Below are positions 25,530 to 39,373 of a stretch of 64,000 bases of DNA, piece after piece. The notes below the pieces were generated by a model. That model saw only the letters and a list, made by a program, of their open reading frames with translations, did no database searches and was not told the DNA's origin. Position 1 is the first letter of the stretch; each line of letters starts with the position of its first letter. Origin of the DNA: Octopus vulgaris. Taxonomy: Eukaryota. A program made the translations under genes and the position numbers. The stretch spans positions 50,344,001 to 50,408,000 of the forward strand of contig OX597833.1 in the NCBI GenBank assembly GCA_951406725.2. Direction: 5' to 3'.

Positions 25530-27250
25530 GGCACACACTGACACATATGCATACATATAGGAATATCCTCTTAGAAACGTATACAGATACACGTATATGG
25601 ATGTATGATGTATGTGTGACTTTCTGTTTACATCGGCAATAATGTCTCAGTAATTCTCTCCAACGCTTATCTACATGAGTATGTGTGTGTATGTATATAT
25701 ATATGTATGTATGTGTGTACGCATATATACATGTATATAAACGTATACATATGTGTGTGTGTAATATATATATATACATTCATACACTGCTGACTCCGTG
25801 GCCCTTGGATGAAGAATTCGGAGTTTATGTACGAATTTATAGGCGCCATACTATGTGTTCTGTATACTAAGCATACCTAACTCTCACTTGTTTGTATATA
25901 TTAATAACTATATTTACTTACATGTATACACACATGCATATATAAACACGTATTTATATATACATGTGTGTGCGTGTGTGTGTATAAATGTCTGTGCATT
26001 TTTTTAATGTGTACAAAAAACACGGAAAAAAAATAAATAGTTACCAGGGTAGCAAAAAATTCACATAAGTACCAACGATGTTACAGCCTACTTATTTACT
26101 GTTTAGTGAAATGTTTTTGTATAACAGATAAATAAAGAAATGGAGTTAAACCTAGGTGTTATTCAAATCTTTATACTTCCAACGAAGAAAACATTGGTAT
26201 TATTCCAGAGGGAATAAAATGATGTTAAACAATGCGATCTTCTCATCAGGAAAAAAAAGAAACAATACACATCAATAAGCCATTTTAACCGAATGTGATG
26301 ACTGCATATATGATGAAGGGAACGTTGGCCCCATGGAGCTAAAGGTGTTAATTGTTTCCTTCTTAAGCATATCGAGTATATGCCGGTTAGTTCCTATAGA
26401 GATGGCCAGAGTGTCATCTACGTAGAGACCAAAGAGAAATTAGGGGAAACTTTTCTTTAAGGTGTTAAAAAAATATGGCCCTATAAGGTCGCATGTTTCT
26501 GTGCTGTCTTAGGCTCCCATCTCTATATCAAAAGAGCCCACTGGGTCAGTTTGCTTCAACAAGGCTGAACATTTATTTTTTCTGGCAACATCATTATGTA
26601 TTTCGCTAACGTCAGAGACATATGTGCGTGTATGTATGTATGTATGTATGTATGTATGTATGTATGTATGTATGTATGCATGTATGTATGCTTGTGTCTG
26701 TGTTATTGACTGCGTACGCGTGCATGAATGCATGTGCCTTAAGTTTAAAGTTTGTCGTCTACTAAGAGACCCGACTTTTATTGACAGACCAGAGTGGCCA
26801 CCCCAGGTGGTTGCTCTGGTACTTGAAAGAAAGGTCTTTTTCACATGTCAGGCTCCTTCCCAAGGGTGGATTATAGATTACTTTTTGGGGGCTCCGACTT
26901 GCGAATGCAGGGATACCTGCAGACCGCAGGAGAATTAATCGGGGACGTGAGGTAAGAGGTTCATCGCCTCAATATGTGTCTAATTGTGTTTTTAATTGTA
27001 ATGGACTTGTTAGTCCAAAGAAATTGTAAAACATTGTAAATTGTAAGAGGGTTATTACCTCAATATGTGTTTTATAAAAAGAACAATGTTATAGAGAAGC
27101 AGAGGGTCGGCGGGCGCTTTCTGTCTTTTCCCATCCTTATCATCTTGTATCATTATCATTCTCCTCATCAATGTCTTGTCCAACCCGCAAAGCTACTCAT
27201 CTTTGTACTGCTTTTATGGCAAATGAAATGAATAAAAGAGAAAGCGAGAG

Positions 27251-27285
<35 letters not shown>

Positions 27286-27899
27286 GAAAGAAAAACATAA
27301 ACAAATGTACCCAAATTTCCTAAGCTGTAATTAAAAAAAATATCATTACACATAACCTCGATATACTTATTCGACCATGGATTCTCACTCAGTCTCTCTC
27401 ACAAACTAACAAAGACACGTAAATGATCTTGCGAACTGAGCGGGCTGCGCTGTACTATCACAGAATTTGCTCAAGATTGCGGAAGGAGTGCACCTAGTAA
27501 TGAAACAGAATATCGCATAAAACTATCACAAGTAAAAAACAATAAAACATTTATATTTGAAATGGATGTAAAGAATATCACTTTCAATAAACAAACGTGT
27601 TTAGCCTCGCTGTATATAAAATAAACTGAGTGCGCCATTTTTGTTTTTAATCTATCAAAAAATTTGATATCGACTTGAAGAAAGTTTAGTTTCTTTCTTT
27701 GCTTTTTTTTTTATAGATCAAGCTTTTTATAATTATTATTATTTTTTGTTCTGCTTTCAGACACATAAATAAAAGTTGGAAACTGTAGTGTTACCACTCA
27801 ATTTTTTCTTTAGTGAGGCAAGAAATATGTTTATCAAAAGAATGAACATCTTACGTTATGCTATAAATTATCTCCAAATCATTGCGGGCTGCAATGCAG

Positions 27900-27932
<33 letters not shown>

Positions 27933-28023
27933 CGTGTGTGTGTATACATATACATACATATATATTATGTGTATGTATGTATGCATATATGTAAGTATAT
28001 ATATATATATATATCAATCATAT

Positions 28024-28068
<45 letters not shown>

Positions 28069-28083
28069 GTGTGTGCGTGTGTG

Positions 28084-28415
28084 TGGCAATGGCCCAGTGG
28101 TTAGGGCAGCGGACTCGCAGTTGTAGGATCACGGTTTCGATTCCCAGACCGGATGTTGTGAGTGTTTACTGAGCGAAAATAGGCGCCGGCAAGGGGTGGT
28201 GGCGAACCATACTGTACTCTTTCACCACAACTTTCTCTCACTCTTTCTTTCTGTTTCTGCTGTACCTGTAATTCAAAGGACCAGAGAACTACACGTGTCT
28301 GTGGAGTGTCTGTGGGTAAAACGTGTCTGTGGAGTGCTCAGCCACTTGCACGTTAATTTCACGAGCAGGCTGTTCCGTTGATCGGATCAACTGGAACCCT
28401 CGTCGGAGTGCCAAC
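28084..28415 (+). mobile_element. SINE-E with internal deletions
   Basis: TGGCCCAGTGGTTAGGGCAGCGGACTCGC head; tail GTTCCGTTGATCGGATCAACTGG...CGGAGTGCCA. Confidence 0.85.
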
Positions 28416-28651
28416 ATACACATATTATGAATGAAAAGCAGCGCTATTGTTGTAAACAACATCGACAGCACATACTCAGTATGTATTTCACCTGTTCGCA
28501 GGTTCGTTGCGTTACAGCGAGCTGGAGACGACTCCTTCATAGTTAGTTAAAACACTTGAAAGTCATAGCGGGGTGAGAGAACTTGCTTGCAGTCTCATCC
28601 AGGAATGATGGGTACCGACATTTTGCTATTTTTTAGGTTTATCAACATCAC

Positions 28652-28685
28652 GCACCTGAAACGAACCGGGGTGCAAACCGCTAGT
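28652..28685 (+). mobile_element. Probable Helitron 3' terminus
   Basis: GCACC...GGTGC hairpin, 6 nt, then CTAG-T. Confidence 0.45.
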
Positions 28686-28904
28686 TACGGTGACATAAAC
28701 GAATAAGAACCTTTGAAGGTATGCCATGGCAATGTTAAGCTTAATATTCTATCAGGATCTTTTGCCGAACCGCTAGTTACGGTGACAATAAACGAATAAG
28801 AACCTTTGAAGGTATGCCATGGCAATGTTATGTTAAGTTATATATATATGTAGCCACTGTATATATTCGGACTGTAGCATAAAAGAATGTATATATGTAT
28901 GTAG

Positions 28905-28958
<54 letters not shown>

Positions 28959-28960
<2 letters not shown>

Positions 28961-29738
28961 CTCTTTTACTCTTTTACTTGTTTCAGTCATTTGACTGCGG
29001 CCATGCTGGAGCACCGCCTTTAGTCGAGCAAATCGACACCGGGACTTATTCACTGTAAGCCTAGTACTTATTCTATCAGTCTCTTTTTGCCGAACCGCTA
29101 AGTGACGGGGACGTAAGCTCACCAGCATCGGTTGTCAAGCGACATTGGGGGGACAAACACAGACACACAAACACACACACATACATATACATATATATAT
29201 ACATATATACGACAGGCTTCTTTCAGTTTCCGTCTACCAAATCCACTCACAAGGCATTGGTCGGCCCGGGGCTATAGCAGAAGACACTTGCCCAAGATAT
29301 ATATTATTTCATTCTTTTAATTGTTTCAATCATTTAACTGCGGCCACGCTGGAGCACCGCTTGTAGTCGAGCAAATCTGCCCCAAGACTTGTTTGTAAGC
29401 TTAATATTTTATCAGGCTCTTTTGCAGAACGGCTAGTTACGGTGAGGTAAACACTCCAGCATCAGTTGTCAAGCAGTGTTGTTGGAGCGGGGGACAAACA
29501 CAAAGACAAAAACACATACACACATATACATACATACATACATACATACATACATACATACATACATGCATACATATGCGACAGGTTTTTTCAGTTTCTG
29601 TCTACGAAATCCACTCACAAGGCTTTGATCACCCGAGGTTGTAGTAGAAAGCACTTGTCCAATGTGCCACGCAATGAGACTGAACCCGGAACCATGTGGT
29701 TGGTAAGCAAGCTGCTTGCCACACTGCCGTCACTCCTG
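28959..29738 (-). mobile_element. Two SINE-A copies (28959-29298 young, 5'-truncated; 29312-29738 older)
   Basis: Reverse complement of consensus. Confidence 0.9.
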
Positions 29739-29991
29739 TATATGTATATATGTAATAAAAGAAGGAAAATGCACACAAGAGTATATAGTGTTTGTCAACC
29801 TGTTTTGCTAATCATAACATTGAAATTGTTGTGATTTCGTATTTTCTTAAGAAGCTTTTAGTCCATGCTCTTGAATGAAAGTTTGTGAATGAATCAACAA
29901 GTCGATAAATCTAAGGGGAGGTAATTGGTGATAGTTATTATTCGGGACAGCAAAGGTAGTTCCTCATTTTTGGATGGGAAAAATAAACTAT

Positions 29992-30408
29992 AGGCGCAGG
30001 AGTGGCTGTATGGTATGTAGCTTGTCTACCAACCACATGGTTCCGGGTTCAGTCCCACTGCGTGGCACCTTGGGCAAGTGTCTTCTACTATAGCCTCGGG
30101 CCGACCAAAGCCTTGTGAGTGGATTTGGTAGACGGAAACTGAAAGAAGCCCGCCGTATATATGTATATATGTGTATATGTGCGTGTGCGTGTGTGTGTCT
30201 GTGTTTGTCCCCTGGCATTGCTTGACAACCGATGTTGGTGTGTTTACGTCCGGGTCACTTAGCGGTTCGGCAAAAGAGACCGATAGAATAAGTACTGGGC
30301 TTACAAAGATTAAGTCCCGGGGTCGATTTGCTCGACTATAGGTGGTGCTCCAGCATGGCCGCAGTCAAATGACTGAAACAAGTAAAAGAGTAGAAAGAGT
30401 AAAGAGAG
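29992..30408 (+). mobile_element. SINE-A, full length
   Basis: Complete head to tail. Confidence 0.93.
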
Positions 30409-30585
30409 ATACATAAACTCATGAGCTAAAGTAGTGACATGAAATATGTACAGTGATGGATATGTGATCATGAATTAAAGTATATACTGAGACCAAAGTT
30501 GGTTATGCAATCATATTTAGGCGTGTTCTGTATTTTTCGATAAATAAATTTTCTTTATTTAAATATTCTCGTACAGAAATTGTTA

Positions 30586-30788
30586 TGGCGAGCTGGCAGA
30601 AACGTTAGCACGCCGGACAAAAGGCTCTGCATCATTTCGTGCAACTCTAGGTTCAAATGTCATGGAGTTCTGAGTTCAAATTTGCCTTACATTCTTTTGG
30701 GTTGGATGAAATATAAACCAGCTGAACACGGGGATCGACGCAATCGACTAGACCCATGCGGAACTAATGCCTTGTGCCTATAGAGGAA

Positions 30789-30790
<2 letters not shown>
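30586..30790 (+). mobile_element. Old diverged SINE-B
   Basis: GGCGAGCTGGCAGAAACGTTAGCACGCCGG head. Confidence 0.7.
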
Positions 30791-30833
<43 letters not shown>

Positions 30834-30851
30834 AATATATACATATTTTAT

Positions 30852-31116
30852 TAAAATAACCGAGAAAAAACAGAAAAAGACAACAAGAAAAAACGACAAC
30901 AGCGAGAGGACTTAGCACATGCAAAGTAATTAATAAGACGCTCGGAGAAGGAAAAGAGTAGCTGTTTTACATTTCGAGCATAACTCTTCCTCGGAGACAG
31001 GAAGAGCAGGGAAGTCCAAAGGAAAAGGATGGAGGAAAAATAATCGCCAATAGTCCACGTGTAGTTACGCTTTGAAGTGACCGGAAATAGGAGAAAGACA
31101 AAGTGTTTTCTGGGAC

Positions 31117-31120
<4 letters not shown>
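30852..31120 (-). mobile_element. Penelope-like remnant between (TA)n tracts with degenerate hammerhead (30962-31000)
   Basis: Minus strand CTGTCT-CCGAGGA-AGAG-TTATG-CTC-GAAA-TG-TA-AAACAG. Confidence 0.55.
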
Positions 31121-31158
<38 letters not shown>

Positions 31159-31206
31159 GAGAAAGAAAGAGGGAAAGAAAGAGTGAGAGAGAGAGAGAAA
31201 AAGCGT

Positions 31207-31264
<58 letters not shown>

Positions 31265-31499
31265 TAGCTGTTTCTTTGCAGAAGCAGGACGACCAAATGT
31301 CATTTTTAATAGCCCCAGGTCGACCCAGACACTGGGTAAACTGTACTTGTTTACATAATCTAAAAACCAAAGTCTTGTGACATTGAATATCACGCTGATT
31401 TTACCAAAGAATTACTTTAAGAGTACACGTATCAGTACAACGCTCATCTTCTTCCACGTGACGTCTATGTCTGGGGTAATGGTTTGTAATCGTATCTTT

Positions 31500-31750
31500 A
31501 ACACACCTCTTGCGTGGCATCTTATAAAGGCAGGGTTAATGTTCCTCTAAACAGTTGCAAGTTTAAATTTCCAAGGAAAACACGACTGAGAAGCATTTAC
31601 GGGGTGTCGGCTTCCTTGGAGAGAAGACTGGAGTTTTTACAATATAGTTGTAAGGAAGAGGAGGGGAGAGTAGTGAACCGCGAGTCCTTTAGTGGTAACG
31701 CTATGAAAACAGCTGACTCTGTAAATGTTCATGACATATCGTGGGTTAAA
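31500..31750 (-). pseudogene. Possible very decayed LINE 3' end
   Basis: Weak, frameshifted resemblance to a SFFPRT..WN.LP..VFP...NLQ.FK.NIN C-terminus. Confidence 0.3.
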
Positions 31751-31893
31751 TACGTCGCACCCAAACGATAAGGATGACTAAGCATACTTCAAGAAGGCAA
31801 GAAGGTGTAACCTCATAATTAGTTCACCATTAAGGATCAGCAGAGTGTGACTATTCTTAATTCATCACCTGATAATATCTATCTATCTGTCTG

Positions 31894-31970
<77 letters not shown>

Positions 31971-32108
31971 ATTTACGTATGTATATAATTATTTACATAT
32001 GCATATGTACATTCGTATACATACACACATATATATATATATATATAGATACATACACATATTTGCATAATGTACACATACATACACACAAATATGTATG
32101 TATGCAGG

Positions 32109-32140
<32 letters not shown>

Positions 32141-32354
32141 AGTATGTATATATATATTTATATATGTTAATGGGTAAATAGATAGATTCCATATATGTAC
32201 TTGACTCAGTATGTGTGTATATATACATAATTAATGTATATATACATCCTATTTACACACATAATGTAAATACACATTATATATATACGTATATAAATAA
32301 CATGTATACATATATATATATATATACATGTACATGTATATGTATATATATATG

Positions 32355-32422
<68 letters not shown>

Positions 32423-33076
32423 CATACATATATGTATAAGTACATGTAATCTTACATTTTTTTTATAAACATGACCCACCTGGACACTTTTCTGTCTCGG
32501 AGTGGCCTAATTATTAAGAGAAAGCTGAATTATTAATTACGAGTTGTAAATAGGATAGTACGCATCGAAACAAACAAACAAACAAAAAGAAAAGGAGATA
32601 CATTTAAAGCATTCAATGTTAGTGTAGACATTTCTGAGATGAAATTATGGAGGCAATAAAAAAGAAGAGAATGAATTTATTTCTTCATATTGGTGTTGAC
32701 AATTGCCTTGATACAGTTCTTACCTAAGACACCTTGATTCGTATTTTATTCGGATGGACACCTCCAAACCATTCGATATGTAAAAAAAAAAAAAAATCGT
32801 ATATCTTTTATTATTAAATATTACTAAAAATTGTATAACATAATTGTTAAGATATTTTGCGAACTGTAAAAGTATAACCGCATCATGGCTGATAAATTTT
32901 AGAAAAATCTTATATGGACCCTCACGGACACTCTGGACTCTCTGGTTTAATCGAGTTAATAAAATAAACGCTATGTCCCCTAGCGGACAGTTAATAAAAG
33001 GGAGATGATATTATCTTCATAATTTTTGGTACGATTGGAAATTTGAACAAGGAAAAAAGTTGCATAGAATACTCAT

Positions 33077-33520
33077 ACTCTTTACTCTTTTACTCTTTTA
33101 CTTGTTTCAGTCATTTGACTGCGGCCATGCTGGAGCACCACCTTTAGTCGAGCAAATCGACCCCGGGACTTATTCTTTGTAAGCCCAGTACTTATTCTAT
33201 CAGTCTCTTTTTGCCGAACCGCTAAGTGACGGGGACGTAAACACACCAGCATCGGTTGTCAAGCGATGGTGGGGGAACAAACACAGACACACAAACATAT
33301 ACACACACATACATATATACACATATACATATATATATATATATATATACATATATACGACAGGCTTCTTTCAGTTTCCGTCTACCAAATCTACTCACAA
33401 GGCATTGGCCGGCCCGAGGCTATAGCAGAAGACACTTACCCAAGGTGCCACGCAGTGGGACTGAACCCGGAACCATGTGGTTGGTAAGCAAGCTACTTAC
33501 CACACAGCCACTCCTGCGCC
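33077..33520 (-). mobile_element. SINE-A, full length, young
   Basis: Close to 55283-55720 and 63115-63547. Confidence 0.95.
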
Positions 33521-34219
33521 CTATTTATTGTTGTTATTTTTTGTGCTTACTTATTGCAAAGTGCTTAAAATGTCTACTCAGTGGTATTCATGTAGAGCAC
33601 TATTTCATTCTTTTTCGAAATCATCTGCATCGCATAATCTTATGTATAATAATTGACATCGTTATAATAGTAAAAGAGACACAAAGGAATGGACAGGTGT
33701 CAGTTGGGTGACTCGGTAGATCGTGAGGTGCATTTTGTGGATTCATCCCGGTCTCGATGCCCCCAGTTCAGACGTACCCGAACAATGTTGTATTTCTATC
33801 CTTTTGGGATCGATAAGTAAAGCACTATTTCATCCGGTACTGTGATCGAGTCTGCCAGCTCTATCCCTCGCCTTCTCTTCTCTTTCGTTCTTTCGCTCTG
33901 TATCCTTTCGGCTGTGTTAAATTCCGCAGAGAAATGGGACAGCTTAAGTTTAAGATTGCTAGAGATACGATATATATTCTTTTCTACTCAAGGCAGAAAT
34001 CCCGACATTTTGTGGGAGGGGGTCCAGTTGATTATATGAACCCCAGTACGCAAAGAATTACTTTAATTACTTTATCAAAAAATTCCTTTAAGGATACACG
34101 TATCAGTGGAATACTCATCCTCTTCCACGTGACATCTAAGTTTGGGGAAATGGCTTGTAATCGTATCTTTCACAGGCCTTTGTTGTCGTACACATTCACT
34201 TGCTTTCTCCCAAAATATT

Positions 34220-34420
34220 TAAACAATCTCAAATGTAACAAGTCGAAACTGTAAGGATAATCTGGAAACTTGACTGAGGAAAGAAAGCCATGAATGGTCC
34301 ATCCTTGTTTTGTCCTGTCAGTCTTTGTGTTGTTTTTCCTGTCCGTCTTCGCATCCTCTATTTTTTCGGATGTTTTATTTTCGTCTGTTGCGTTCTTGTT
34401 TCATTTTTTGGATTTATATA
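34220..34420 (+). mobile_element. Family F (TA-abutting, probably Penelope-like) fragment
   Basis: Homologous to 35781-35915, 43925-44258 and 50005-50199; ends GCGTTCTTG...TTTTTGGATTTATATA. Confidence 0.6.
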
Positions 34421-34520
34421 TATGTATATATACGTACATATACATGCCTATATATATATATATATATATATATACCTGTACATATACATATACCTATATA
34501 TATATTTAAACATATACATG

Positions 34521-34553
<33 letters not shown>

Positions 34554-34617
34554 GGATATTTGTGATTATACATTCATATATATAAATATAAATTTAAATA
34601 TGAATGCATATGAATGT

Positions 34618-34654
<37 letters not shown>

Positions 34655-34693
34655 CATACATATATATATATATGTATATACATATACATAAAT

Positions 34694-34730
<37 letters not shown>

Positions 34731-35182
34731 CATGCCTATATGAATATATATGTGAACATATATGTATATAGATATATACATATATTTAAGTATGTATGTA
34801 TATATATTAGTAAAATGTTATTACACCGTGTCAAACGTTCTACGGTCAAACAAGATTACATTCTGTCTTCACTCCATCTGTTCCCTGCAGGATAATCATG
34901 CAACAGATGGAAATCCAAAGTTTAATTGCATAGATAAACACTTCGTAGCTTATATATATATACCTTTGCGCATGTTCACGCATGTTTAGACATGCATGTG
35001 ATTACATCTGTACGTTTATGACCTTGTGTTCGTAAGTTTAAATATGGAGGCATGTGTGAATATGAAGGATTTGTATTCACGTATTTATATATGTATATAT
35101 ATGTATGAGTATATACATACAAATATATACACATATAAATAAATTAACGTTAATCCTTCCTCACATTCACATCTGTTTGAGT

Positions 35183-35350
35183 GCGGAGACGCCTGGCTTA
35201 ACGGTTAGCGTATTCAACTCGCGATCGTTAGAACGTGGTTTCGTTCCCTAGACCGGGCGATCTGTTGTGTTCTTGAGTAAAACGCTTCACTTCACTTCAC
35301 GTTGTTCCAATGCATTCAGTAGTAGAAATGAGTTTAGCATGGAGTGGGAT
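35183..35350 (+). mobile_element. SINE-C/D-type 5' fragment, diverged
   Basis: tRNA-like head and TTGTGTTCTTGAGTAAAAC CORE-like segment. Confidence 0.65.
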
Positions 35351-35568
35351 GGCATCCGCCAAGAAATTCTCGCCGTAGATACGTTGTATGGCTGCAGTGC
35401 CTCCTCGTCCCCAAAGAGGTTAAGGGACTTTTTAATATCTGTATGAATTCGTCTATATGTGATTCCATTCACGTTTATAAATTATATCTGAAGACGTGTA
35501 TAAATTGATGTGTACATAAATTAGTCAATATAAATCAGTTTGGTAGGAATGATTGCATTTAATACATA

Positions 35569-35915
35569 CAGTCAAGTTTCCAGTTATCACTACAGTTTCA
35601 GCCTGTTACACTTGAGACTGTTCAAAACTGGCAGGCCCCAGAAATCTAAGCTAAGGGCGTTAAATTTTTTGAATATTTGCGACAACACAGGCTAAAAAAA
35701 AGAAAACAAGAAAACGGAGAAAATGGTTACAAATACAAACAAGAAGAATAACAACAGATGTCTTTTGACTAAAAGGACAAGGCCGAAACTGAAGTGATAA
35801 CTGGAAGCTTGACTGCTGAATAGAAAGCCACGAATATTCCGTCCTAGTTTTCCTGTCTGTCTTTGCATCGTCTATCTGTCCGTTACGTTCTTGTTCTGGT
35901 TTTTTGGATTTATAT
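35569..35915. mobile_element. Family F copy with inverted duplication
   Basis: 35-bp inverted repeat 35569-35603/35781-35815 (3 mismatches). Confidence 0.65.
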
Positions 35916-35975
35916 ATACATATAGCAGCGTACGTACGCCATTTGCTCGATATATATATATATATATATATATAA

Positions 35976-36365
35976 GGGTCAGGTGTGGCTGTGAGGTAAG
36001 AAGCCTACTTTGCAACCGCATGGTTCCGGGTTCACTCCCAATGCGTGAAACCTTCGGCTAGTGTCTTCTACAATAGTTTCGGGCTGACTAAAGAGAGCTT
36101 TGTGAGTAGACTTGGTGGACGGAAATTGAACATATGTGTGTGTGTGTGTCTATGTCTGCGTTTGTTCCTCACCGCCATCACTTGACAACCAATGTTGGTG
36201 TGTTTACGTCCTGTAACTTAGTGGTTCGGCCCTAAATAACCGATAGAATAAGTACCAGGCTATAAAAAATTGCTTCTGGCGCTGATTTGCTCGACTAAAA
36301 CACTTAAGGTGGTTTCTCAGCAAGGCCGCTGTCAAAAATTACTGAAACGAGGAAAATTGAAAGGA
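35976..36365 (+). mobile_element. SINE-A, diverged
   Basis: Head, body and tail recognisable. Confidence 0.8.
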
Positions 36366-36399
36366 TATATATATATATATATATACATAGCATTGCCTA

Positions 36400-36457
<58 letters not shown>

Positions 36458-36640
36458 CATACATAGGCAATGCTCCTGGCAACAAACACTGGATTATTGA
36501 AATGGTTCCATCATTTTCAGGTTAATACGCGAAGAAACTGAATGTTAGGTTATAATTATATTTGTATCGTACTTGCGGAATTATCGTTATTCGTACCTGT
36601 CGAAGCATTCTGGCAATGAATCTCTCTCTCTTTCTCCCCC

Positions 36641-36686
<46 letters not shown>

Positions 36687-37218
36687 CGCGCGCACACACT
36701 CATATACATTCAGACACAGACATGCACACAAATTCACACAGAAAACTGAAGTACATACATAGAAAATCACTAACATCCACATACACATTCACTCGTTCAC
36801 GCGCTTAAACACACACAAAAACACACACACAAACACACAGGTACGCACAAAAACACACACACACATAAATATATATATATATACACACAAATACACATAC
36901 AACAAACAAAAACATATATAAACACATGAAATTTCTAAATGGCTAACCAAAACAATATCTCGGATGTTGATTTTAGAGAAAACGTTCTCCCGTTGCTTTG
37001 TTTCACAATTCTATAGAGCTGTATGTTACCAATTGATAGATCGATCGATCGATCGAATACCTGATCACAGGAATTATTTCGATGTCTACACAAGAGTCTG
37101 TGACTTAGTTCTGAAGACTGAGGATATTCTTTTGTCCAACACCCACGAACGTGCAATGGCCAGGCTCCGTATTCTATATTTAAGTCAGTGTGTGACTGTG
37201 TGTGTGTGAGTGTGTATA

Positions 37219-37290
<72 letters not shown>

Positions 37291-37355
37291 TACATACATA
37301 CATATATATATATATATATTTATACATACATACATACATATACATATATACATTC

Positions 37356-37391
<36 letters not shown>

Positions 37392-37392
37392 G

Positions 37393-37451
<59 letters not shown>

Positions 37452-37535
37452 AGATGTAAATTCGTATTTTGTATGTGTGGCGAAGTGTATATGCATGTAA
37501 CACATTTTATACGTATAGGTGAATGCCTGAATATG

Positions 37536-37578
<43 letters not shown>

Positions 37579-38143
37579 ATGTGTGCCAGTATGTTGGCTG
37601 TTTGTGTGAGCGACGAAGTCTTACAGACAGACAGCCGGCTCTTAAGTTTAGGTTGGTGAAGCGGAAATAGAAATGTGCGGAACCGTAAAAGACTAACAAC
37701 GACCGCTCTCCACACATCACTACGCCTCCATGCCACCACTAACACCACCATCACCACCACCACCACCTCCACCACCACCACCACCACCACCAACATTACC
37801 ACCAATACTCTCTCCCTCATCGTTCCATCACCTCTAAATTGCCGTTCAGACAAACTCCAAGTAAAAATATTAATACAAAAACAACAACAGCAACAACAAC
37901 ATCTATAATAAACCTAACGAGACTTAACTTTAAATTCTTATGTGAAGTGTTTATATTTAACAGATACACACAACCTTTTAAATATTTACTGGAAAGGCCA
38001 GAGGTTAACTTTTACAAGAGTCCCGTGGGGTTTCGATCCGGTGAAGAGGTCATAAATGGAAATTAGCTTCTACTGGAACTGTTTACATAAGCGAATACAC
38101 TCATACACACACATATGTATAATTATACAGACACACACACACA

Positions 38144-38206
<63 letters not shown>

Positions 38207-38217
38207 GTGTGTATATA

Positions 38218-38259
<42 letters not shown>

Positions 38260-38262
38260 TAC

Positions 38263-38305
<43 letters not shown>

Positions 38306-38493
38306 AGTGTGTATGTATACGTGTGTGTGTGTGCTTGTATGTGCGTATGAACTTATATATCTGTATATGTATACGCACAAATCAGTACATTTGTTGTTTC
38401 AACTGATTTATGATTATCTATGTGAAATCATTCTGTGTTTCACCTTATATATGTGCGTATATGTGAACGAACACATACAATTGCAAATCTTGG

Positions 38494-38873
38494 TGGTACT
38501 CCGTCGGTTACGACGACGAGCGCTCCAGTTGATGCGATCAACGAAACAGCCTGCACGTGAAATTAACGTGCAAGTGGCTGAGCACTTGGCAGCCACATGT
38601 GGAGCCTTACCGTAGTTCTCGAGAAGATTCAACGTGACACTGAGTGTGACAAGGCTGGCCCTTTGAAATACAGATACAAGAAAGAGTGAGAGAAAGTTGT
38701 GGTGAAAGAGTACAGCAGGGTTCGCCCCCCACCCCACCCCCTGCCGGAGCCTCGTTGAGCTTTAGGTGTTTTCGCTCAATAAACAAACGCTCACAACGCC
38801 CGGTCTGGTAAATCGAAACCGCGATCCTACGACCACGAGACCCCTGCCCTAACCACTGGGCCATTGCGCCTCT
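38494..38873 (-). mobile_element. SINE-E, near full length
   Basis: Reverse complement: GAGGCGCAATGGCCCAGTGGTTAGGGCAG...GACGGAGTACCA. Confidence 0.9.
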
Positions 38874-38990
38874 ACTAAATGCAAATACATGCACACGCGC
38901 ACACACACACATACACACACACACCCTCTCTTTCTCACACACACACATATAATTATTCGCTGAGCGAGATATAAACAGAAGCAGCACGAC

Positions 38991-39262
38991 ATCGTGAAGT
39001 ATATTTACCTCCTAAATGTGCCTAACCCATCGCCAACGGGTGATTGTCACACGCTGATGACGGGTCAATATTCAGAAACTCGGGTCCGTGTGTATCACAT
39101 CAGTTTGGAGATGGGAACGATGACTCCCCTTTGCAAATACTGATAGGGCACAGATAGGGTATCAATAGCTAGCTGGAGGACATGCCTTCTTGGGGCTACA
39201 ACCTACAATAGCATCGACCCTTCAGGGTTAGCCACATTTAGGTGGCATATGTACTTCACGAT
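38991..39262. mobile_element. 272-bp element with 38-bp terminal inverted repeats enclosing a hammerhead
   Basis: Arms 38991-39028 and 39225-39262 match at 33/38 positions. Confidence 0.8.
39048..39092 (+). ncRNA. Minimal type I hammerhead ribozyme (Penelope-type)
   Basis: CACACG-CTGATGA-CGGGT caat ATTCA-GAAA-CTCGG-GTC-CGTGTG: perfect 6-bp stem I, near-palindromic stem III, GUC site at 39084-39086; stem II weak (G.U pairs, C.A closing). Confidence 0.8.
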
Positions 39263-39299
39263 ATACATACATACATACATACATACAAACATACATACA

Positions 39300-39373
<74 letters not shown>

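Noticed and set aside
26788-26945. 15-bp hairpin ACCAGAGTGGCCACC/GGTGGTTGCTCTGGT and a possible HDV-like ribozyme
   Set aside because: The hairpin is real, but I could not assemble the P1/P2/P3 nested pseudoknot
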